Part shown: one piece after another, positions 58,045 through 64,000 of the stretch | Layout of the letters: each line of letters starts with the position of its first letter | Position numbering within the stretch: position 1 is the first letter of the stretch | DNA from: Candidatus Obscuribacteraceae bacterium | GTDB lineage: Bacteria; Cyanobacteriota; Vampirovibrionia; Obscuribacterales; Obscuribacteraceae | Direction: 5' to 3' | Length of the DNA: 64,000 nucleotides | NCBI GenBank assembly: GCA_044229845.1 | Contig: JBGASG010000004.1 | Location: forward strand, 224,001 to 288,000 | Program-made: the position numbers and the translations under genes | The notes under the pieces: model-generated | The model's input: the letters and a program-made list of their open reading frames with translations, nothing else | The model's database searches: none | Told to the model about the DNA's origin: nothing

Positions 58045-60201
58045 ATGGCAGAGCTTGATGAAAACACTCCGCAACTAAACGAAGAACTGGACGACACGGT
58101 GCTCACGGTCGGCACCGTCATCGAGGAGCGCTATCGGATTAGCGAGTTTCTCGGCATGGGCGGCATGGGTTCCGTCTATCGAGCCAAGCATCTGGAATTC
58201 GGGCGCGATGCCGCCATCAAGATTTTGCATGCCAGATACACATCGGACATCGCTGCCGTCAAACGGTTTCAGCGCGAAGCCCGGATTATCTCGGGACTCA
58301 ATCACACAAACATACTCTCCGTCTACGCATTCGGCGGCTACAAGGGTTTCGTCTATCTGGCGATGGAATTTGTCGAGGGCAAGTCCCTCGCCAAATTGAT
58401 CGCCGAGAAAGGCACACTCATACCCGACGAAGCTCTACCGCTGCTGCTGCAAATCTGTGAAGGCATGGCGCACGCGCACAAAAACGAAGTTCTGCACCGC
58501 GATCTCAAACCCGACAACGTGATGATCGTCATCGAAGACAACGGCGCGCAGTGCGCGAAAGTCGTGGACTTCGGACTGGCGAAATTACAGGATACTCCAG
58601 ACGGGCAGCGCCTGACAAAGACCGGTGAAGTAGTCGGCGACCCGCGCTACATGGCGCCGGAACAGTGTCGAGGGCTGCCTCTCGATGCGCGCTCCGACCT
58701 ATATTCATTCGGTTGCCTGATGTACGAAGTCTTCACAGGCCTCTCGCCATTTGAATCCGACGATCCAGTCAGCATTATGCAGAAGCAAGTCGGCATGGAC
58801 CCGGAGCCGTTTGCGCAAAGTCTGGGACTGCCACCAGCCCTGGAGGCAATCACATTCAATTGCATGGCCAAAGATCGCGACGAACGCTACGATTCTTTCG
58901 ATGAAGTGGGCAAACTGCTACGCCAGGTGGCTGCCGATCCCAACGTAAAAATTGCAGCCACCGCTACACGCCACTCAGGGAAGAAACCACTTGAACGCCG
59001 GCTACTGGCCACGGTCATTGCCGTCGTCTGCGTCGGAGCCCTGGCTTTGACAGTCGCTCTCTCGACTGACTTGTCGGTGCTGCCGATGAAATTGAAAATG
59101 CAGTCCGGCAGCGATCAAGAAAAGATGATTGCAGCATTGTCTCTAGCCGAACATTACGAGCTAAAGAAAGACCAGGACCAGGCGCTGATCTGGTATGACA
59201 AGGCAAGCCAACTGGCAGCTGCTGCCAAAGATCAAAAATCGATATTGATCAGTTTTGGCGGCAAGGGCAGAATTTTGTGTGCGAAGCAACGGCGTCACGA
59301 AGCCATTCCACTCTTGCAGCAAGCCGCCATGGCAGCGCGCGACCTGGTTATGCACGGCAACACCGATCCACAGGTCTACGATGCAACCCGCGCTGCGCTG
59401 CTGGACTATGAGGGCATGGATGCCGTGGCGCCGATTGTCACCCATGAAATTGCCGCCGGCTACCTCAACTCGCACAAGAAAGACTGGGCGGTCGGGATAC
59501 TGAAGACGGTGCCCGACAGTGCACCGAAAGCGGTGCGCTCCACCACGCAATTCATTCTGGGCGAGCTATGCCTGGAAGAAGGAAACAAGAAAGAAGCTCT
59601 TCAATACTTCGAGCGCGCCATTGAAATTGCCGATGTCCGCTACAATCGCTTCTGCGGCATGCGCACCATCGCCGGCGCCTGCATCAAGAATCACGAGAAT
59701 CAACTCGCTCTCGAATATCGCAAACGTGCGCTCAAAGAAGTGGAACAGACCACCCAATACGATTTGATTGCGTTGATTTATCAGGAAGTCGCTGAAGCGG
59801 AACTTCTGGTCAAAGACATCAAAGCAGCTAACGCTGAGTATGTACTGGCAGTTGCCGCAGCCAGAAAGGTTCAACCCAGTGCTCAGAATAACGCAGTCCT
59901 GGCCAAAAGCTTGCACGGACTGGCCCATACGCAGTATCACAGCGGCGACAGGACCGGGGCAGAGAAGACCTATCGCGAAGAAATCGCGCTGCTGAAGAAA
60001 CAGCCGCAGCTCGACAAGCCGGCTCTGGCTCAGGCGCTGATTTTGCTTGGAGATACACTGACTTTGGAGAATCGCGTTCCCGAAGCGGCCGTCTCATTGC
60101 AACAGGCAGTGGATGTCATCGATAGCGCGGGTCACCTGACTCCCGAGTTGCAGGAAGCCCGCCGCACCGCCGCGCAAAAGCTCAGCCAGATGCACATCTG
60201 A
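58045..60201 (+). CDS. Hanks-type Ser/Thr kinase with TM and TPR ectodomain
   Basis: LGMGGMGSVY, AIK, HRDLKPDN, DFG, YMAPEQ and SDLYSFG motifs; TM then TPRs. Confidence 0.94.
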   Translation: MAELDENTPQLNEELDDTVLTVGTVIEERYRISEFLGMGGMGSVYRAKHLEFGRDAAIKILHARYTSDIAAVKRFQREARIISGLNHTNILSVYAFGGYKGFVYLAMEFVEGKSLAKLIAEKGTLIPDEALPLLLQICEGMAHAHKNEVLHRDLKPDNVMIVIEDNGAQCAKVVDFGLAKLQDTPDGQRLTKTGEVVGDPRYMAPEQCRGLPLDARSDLYSFGCLMYEVFTGLSPFESDDPVSIMQKQVGMDPEPFAQSLGLPPALEAITFNCMAKDRDERYDSFDEVGKLLRQVAADPNVKIAATATRHSGKKPLERRLLATVIAVVCVGALALTVALSTDLSVLPMKLKMQSGSDQEKMIAALSLAEHYELKKDQDQALIWYDKASQLAAAAKDQKSILISFGGKGRILCAKQRRHEAIPLLQQAAMAARDLVMHGNTDPQVYDATRAALLDYEGMDAVAPIVTHEIAAGYLNSHKKDWAVGILKTVPDSAPKAVRSTTQFILGELCLEEGNKKEALQYFERAIEIADVRYNRFCGMRTIAGACIKNHENQLALEYRKRALKEVEQTTQYDLIALIYQEVAEAELLVKDIKAANAEYVLAVAAARKVQPSAQNNAVLAKSLHGLAHTQYHSGDRTGAEKTYREEIALLKKQPQLDKPALAQALILLGDTLTLENRVPEAAVSLQQAVDVIDSAGHLTPELQEARRTAAQKLSQMHI

Positions 60202-60246
60202 CTCCCGAGAGCCGGCGCACTGCCGCCTTTCCAAGTTATCTCAACC

Positions 60247-60359
60247 TGACCGCCGTGACGGCCAGGACTTCTCGAATTTGACCGCCATGGCGGCCAATCC
60301 ATGTCGTGCTGGCCGCAGTCGCGGTCAAATCCAGCATTTCATGGCCGCCATGGCGGTCA
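60247..60359. repeat. Array of four 18-bp quasi-palindromes
   Basis: Copies start at 60247, 60279, 60310 and 60342; consensus TG(A/G)CCGCCATGGCGG(C/T)CA. Confidence 0.9.
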
Positions 60360-60461
60360 AAAGCAAACTGCGATGCGGGGCGCTTTACAGTAGCCGTCAA
60401 TAGAGACTGAAACCGCGTATCATATTGGCTCCCAGTCCATCAAAAATCAGGATCGGCACCT

Positions 60462-62045
60462 ATGAACCGTACGCAAATGCTGGAACGTCTCCGGGCACGC
60501 AAGACTGCCTGGGACATGGTGATCATCGGCGGCGGCGCCACCGGTGTCGGCGTGGCGGTCGATGCCGCCTCCCGCGGATATCAGGTATTGCTCCTCGAAC
60601 AGCATGACTTCGGTAAAGGCACCTCGAGCCGCAGCACCAAGCTCGTGCACGGTGGTGTGCGTTATCTGGAACAGGGAAATATCCCGCTCGTCATGGAAGC
60701 GCTCAAAGAGCGCGGACTGCTGCGGCAAAATGCACCGCACCTGGTACACGATCTCTCGTTCATCGTGCCGAACTATGACTGGTGGGAAGCACCCTTCTAC
60801 GGCATGGGATTGAAGGTCTATGATTTGCTGGCGGGCAAGTTCGGGTTTGGCAAGTCGCGCATTTTGTCGCGCGATGAGATTACAGAGAAGATTCCCACGA
60901 TCAAGCAAGAGGGGCTGCGTGGCGGCGTCATCTATTACGATGGACAATTCGACGATTCGCGATTGCTGATCAACCTGGTGACTACCGCAGTCGAGCAGGG
61001 TGCCACCATGCTCAACTACCTGCCGGTCACTGGTATCACCAAAGATGCCGAAGATTATGTGGATGGTGTCATCGCTCGCGATGAAGAAACCGGCGAGTCC
61101 TTCACCATCAAAACAAAAGTATTGATCAACGCCACCGGTGCCTTCACCGACAACGTGCGCCGGCTTGCGGATGCAGAGGTGAAACCGATGATCGCCCCCA
61201 GCCAGGGCATTCACCTGGTGTTCGAGCGCTCGCTGATGCCGGGAGACAGCGCAATTATGGTGCCGCACACGAGTGACGGACGCGTCATGTTTGCGATTCC
61301 CTGGCACGACCATGTGCTGGTCGGGACTACGGATACGCCAATCGATCAGCCGACGCTGGAACCGCTGGCTATGGAGCACGAGATTGAATTTATTCTGGAA
61401 ACGGCCGGTAAGTACTTGAGCCGCCCACCATCGCGCGCGGACGTGCTGAGCGTCTTCGCCGGCATTCGCCCCCTGGTGAAAGCCGATGGCGCCGGCAGCA
61501 CCGCGGCTTTGTCGCGCGACCACACGATTCACATCGATAACTCAGGGCTGCTCACCATATGTGGTGGCAAGTGGACGACCTATCGCCGAATGGCAAAGGA
61601 CTGCGTCGATCATGCACTGACGCTGGCAAAACTGGACGAAGTAGAATCAGCCACCGAAAGCCTGCGCATTCACGGCTATCACGCCCAGCCTGAGTCATTC
61701 GGCGAACTGTCAATCTACGGTTCCGACGCCCATCGCATCGAGGATCTGATCAGACAAGACAAGAAATTAGGCGAACGTCTGCACGCCGACCTGCCCTACA
61801 CTCGCGCCGAAGTTGTTTGGGCCGTGCGCAACGAAATGGCGCAGACAGTCGAAGACTTTCTCGCTCGGCGCGTGCGGGCGCTGTTTCTCAACTCGCACGC
61901 AGCTCTAGAAATGGCGCCCCAAGTCGCCGACATCATGGCTGCCGAATTGAAAAAAGACGACGCCTGGAAACAAGACCAGCTCCACAAATTCGAAGCCGTC
62001 GCCCGGGTTTATAAACTGCCAGCCACGGTCACCGCCAGCAACTAA
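60462..62045 (+). CDS. glpD: FAD-dependent glycerol-3-phosphate dehydrogenase/oxidase
   Basis: IIGGGATG, GTSSRSTKLVHGGVRYL, DGQFDDSR, GIRPL and GGKWTTYR motifs. Confidence 0.96.
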   Translation: MNRTQMLERLRARKTAWDMVIIGGGATGVGVAVDAASRGYQVLLLEQHDFGKGTSSRSTKLVHGGVRYLEQGNIPLVMEALKERGLLRQNAPHLVHDLSFIVPNYDWWEAPFYGMGLKVYDLLAGKFGFGKSRILSRDEITEKIPTIKQEGLRGGVIYYDGQFDDSRLLINLVTTAVEQGATMLNYLPVTGITKDAEDYVDGVIARDEETGESFTIKTKVLINATGAFTDNVRRLADAEVKPMIAPSQGIHLVFERSLMPGDSAIMVPHTSDGRVMFAIPWHDHVLVGTTDTPIDQPTLEPLAMEHEIEFILETAGKYLSRPPSRADVLSVFAGIRPLVKADGAGSTAALSRDHTIHIDNSGLLTICGGKWTTYRRMAKDCVDHALTLAKLDEVESATESLRIHGYHAQPESFGELSIYGSDAHRIEDLIRQDKKLGERLHADLPYTRAEVVWAVRNEMAQTVEDFLARRVRALFLNSHAALEMAPQVADIMAAELKKDDAWKQDQLHKFEAVARVYKLPATVTASN

Positions 62046-62056
62046 ATTCACCCTGG

Positions 62057-63301
62057 CTACCTATTAGTGCCCCACACCGCCGACACTGGAATAGCCTGAA
62101 AGTGCTGCTCGAATGTGAGCGTGTGATTTCCAAGATACAGTACAAATCCGCGATGGAATTTTTTTCCTGCAATCTCCCGCAAGGACTTGAGTCCTTTTAG
62201 CGTGTCACTCCCTACGCGCTTTCCGCTCTTGCACTCGATGCCCACTATTCGGCCATCTGGTGCTTCAAGCACAATGTCAACCTCATGCCCCGCTTCAGTT
62301 CGAAGATGATAAAGTTTCGGTCTAACGCGACTCCATGAGAGTTGTTTGACTAACTCCATCATCACAAAGTTTTCAAATACCGCGCCCATCAAGCCAGGAT
62401 CAGCGAGCAGTGCTTGCGCATCGCAGCCGAGCAAGTGACACAGAAGTCCAGAGTCGTTCAAATGAATCTTCGACGACTTGATTAGTCGTTTGCCCCTGTT
62501 GGAAAACCACGGCGAAATAGGCACAAAGACAAACAGCAACTGCAGCAAAGACAGATAGGTTTTCAGCGTAGTTTGTCCAATCTCTAAAGACCTCGCTAGA
62601 TCCGCATTGTTCAGCAAATTTCCAGATCGTGAGGCGACTAACTTGAGCAGCTTTGGCATGACCGTCAATTGCTCTACGTTCCGCAGTTCCCGTACCTCTC
62701 TCTCTATGAGAGTTGTAATGTAACTCGCGAACCAGTCCTGCCGTCGTTCAAATGATTCGCGCTGGACGACATCCGGGTACCCACCAGTCACCAGAATATT
62801 GACCAAGTCATCGAAGTCCACCGGCGTTTCGACAGCGATCAATCCATCACCAAAAGCGGTGTCTACGAACGATTCGCGAACGCCCCGTAGCTCACCCTGC
62901 GACAGAGGCCACAATGAATGAATCTCGATGCGTCCAACCAGAGTGTCAGCAATTTTTGGAAGGGCAAGAACATCAGCCGAGCCAGTGAGAATAAATCTCC
63001 CAGGTTGCCTATTTTGATCGACCGAATACTTAATGGGTAACATCACCTCGGGCGCACGTTGAATCTCATCAAGAATGACCCTCTCGGGCAGACTCTCAAC
63101 AAAACCCTGCGGGTCGCTGCGCGCCGAATCAAGTATCGCAAGATTGTCGAACGAGAAGTACGGATATGAATTCTTTGGTCCGGCAAAAAGTTCCTTAACC
63201 AACGTGCTCTTACCTGTCTGCCGCGCACCATTGATCAAGATCACCGGAGTATCTCCGGACGCCTGCAAAATCTTCTCTTTCAGATGTCTGGGGTAGAGCA
63301 T
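62057..63301 (-). CDS. AAA+ ATPase with C-terminal DUF4143 (wHTH + PD-(D/E)XK-like) region
   Basis: GARQTGKST, LDEIQ, LTGS, LVGR, GGYP, FENFV and EVDIV...IECK motifs. Confidence 0.92.
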   Translation of the reverse strand: MLYPRHLKEKILQASGDTPVILINGARQTGKSTLVKELFAGPKNSYPYFSFDNLAILDSARSDPQGFVESLPERVILDEIQRAPEVMLPIKYSVDQNRQPGRFILTGSADVLALPKIADTLVGRIEIHSLWPLSQGELRGVRESFVDTAFGDGLIAVETPVDFDDLVNILVTGGYPDVVQRESFERRQDWFASYITTLIEREVRELRNVEQLTVMPKLLKLVASRSGNLLNNADLARSLEIGQTTLKTYLSLLQLLFVFVPISPWFSNRGKRLIKSSKIHLNDSGLLCHLLGCDAQALLADPGLMGAVFENFVMMELVKQLSWSRVRPKLYHLRTEAGHEVDIVLEAPDGRIVGIECKSGKRVGSDTLKGLKSLREIAGKKFHRGFVLYLGNHTLTFEQHFQAIPVSAVWGTNR

Positions 63302-63307
63302 ACGGGA

Positions 63308-63316
63308 ATTATAGCA
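63308..63316 (-). promoter_or_regulatory. Extended -10 promoter, probably leaderless
   Basis: TGCTATAAT on the minus strand, then 6 nt (TCCCGT), then ATG 63301. Confidence 0.65.
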
Positions 63317-63420
63317 CTAGGGTGTCGGATTCCAGCACTTAAAGTGATGATTTCCAGCTTTTAACTCAAAACGCTCTCTCAGTGGGGCATAGAGGCTCCA
63401 AGGCTCCCAACCCACGCTGC

Positions 63421-64000
63421 CTAGCTACCAGTCACTCGGGTAACAGTGCCCGAATCGGCGTCCAGCAGGAGGCTGTCGCCATCGCGAAAGCCTTGAGTGG
63501 CGCCTTGCACATTGGTAATCGCCGGCAGTCCAATCTCGCGCAGAATAATCGAGCCGTGCGACAGGTCCCCGCCGATTTCGACGACCACGCCTTTGACTTG
63601 CGAAAACACAGGTATCCACCCGGCATCGACAGAACGCGCGACGAGAACAATCGGTTTGCCGTCTAACTCAGGGGGAAGTGCGCGCGGCGGCTCCCGCAAA
63701 ACAAGCGCGATACCGCTGACCCGTCCCGATGTCAGACTGACGCCCTTCAATCTCTCGGTGCCCGACAAATCTGTCAGCGCATTCCGGTTTCTTCCAAACT
63801 GCTCGAGATCATCAAAGCGAATCAGACCGGGATCGACTGCATTCAGACCATCCAGCGAACGCGCTTCATCAATCGACAGCAGCCAGAGATCATCGGGCTG
63901 CGAGAGCTTGTCTCTCGTGATGCGCAGCAAGTTTTGCCGGATGCGTCCCATCGCCTTCATCGACTGATAGCGCACTTGCTCGCGTCCGGTGATGGCACGC
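63421..64000 (-). CDS. C-terminal part of a PEP-utilising enzyme (swivelling phospho-His domain; PEP synthase/rifampin phosphotransferase-like), cut by window edge
   Basis: LVARSVDAGWIP...VVEIGGDLSHGSIILREIGLPA...DADSGTV. Confidence 0.85.
   Translation of the reverse strand, partial: RAITGREQVRYQSMKAMGRIRQNLLRITRDKLSQPDDLWLLSIDEARSLDGLNAVDPGLIRFDDLEQFGRNRNALTDLSGTERLKGVSLTSGRVSGIALVLREPPRALPPELDGKPIVLVARSVDAGWIPVFSQVKGVVVEIGGDLSHGSIILREIGLPAITNVQGATQGFRDGDSLLLDADSGTVTRVTGS

Noticed and set aside
60247..60359. Mini-CRISPR interpretation of the palindrome array
   Set aside because: Repeats are 18 bp, spacers only 13-14 nt, orientation flips midway, and there is no cas operon.
60447..61532. 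361-aa minus-strand ORF and similar antisense ORFs (17007-17936, 21680-22684, 53373-54362, 57085-57972)
   Set aside because: Each lies opposite a better-supported gene.
1..64000. tRNA, rRNA, tmRNA, RNase P, SRP RNA, IS elements, prophage
   Set aside because: No diagnostic sequence seen in intergenic gaps or ORFs by eye; a covariance-model scan would be needed to exclude small RNAs.

Overview
A 64 kb stretch of GC-rich bacterial chromosome, densely coded (about 47 CDS). I found no rRNA, tRNA, CRISPR array or transposase. Gene content suggests a non-photosynthetic cyanobacterial relative (Vampirovibrionia/Melainabacteria, Obscuribacterales-like). The clues are a stand-alone glyQ, a Ycf52-like GNAT, a cyanobacterial-style ComEC, Hanks kinases with TPR ectodomains and many orphan proteins; this assignment is inference only. 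Housekeeping genes: lysC, glyQ, comEC, dcd, ferredoxin-NADP reductase, hutI, xseAB, rplI, rlmD, sbcD, an NCS2 permease and glpD. Most interesting items: (1) a Tat-exported thiocyanate dehydrogenase-like copper beta-propeller with one Cu-ligand His replaced by Gln, in an apparent operon with a MacB/LolE-type permease and an unusual ATPase-TM-periplasmic-domain fusion (30696-35126); (2) a two-gene cassette of exported Cys-rich, metallothionein-like peptides behind a MerR-style 20-bp-spacer promoter (51605-52455); (3) a lipid-linked glycosylation locus with four GT-C enzymes; (4) a four-copy palindrome array upstream of glpD; (5) an internal start for the aspartokinase beta subunit, a ferritin-like gene with an apparent in-frame deletion, and several putative pseudoenzymes. 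All family assignments come from motif recognition by eye; no searches were run.
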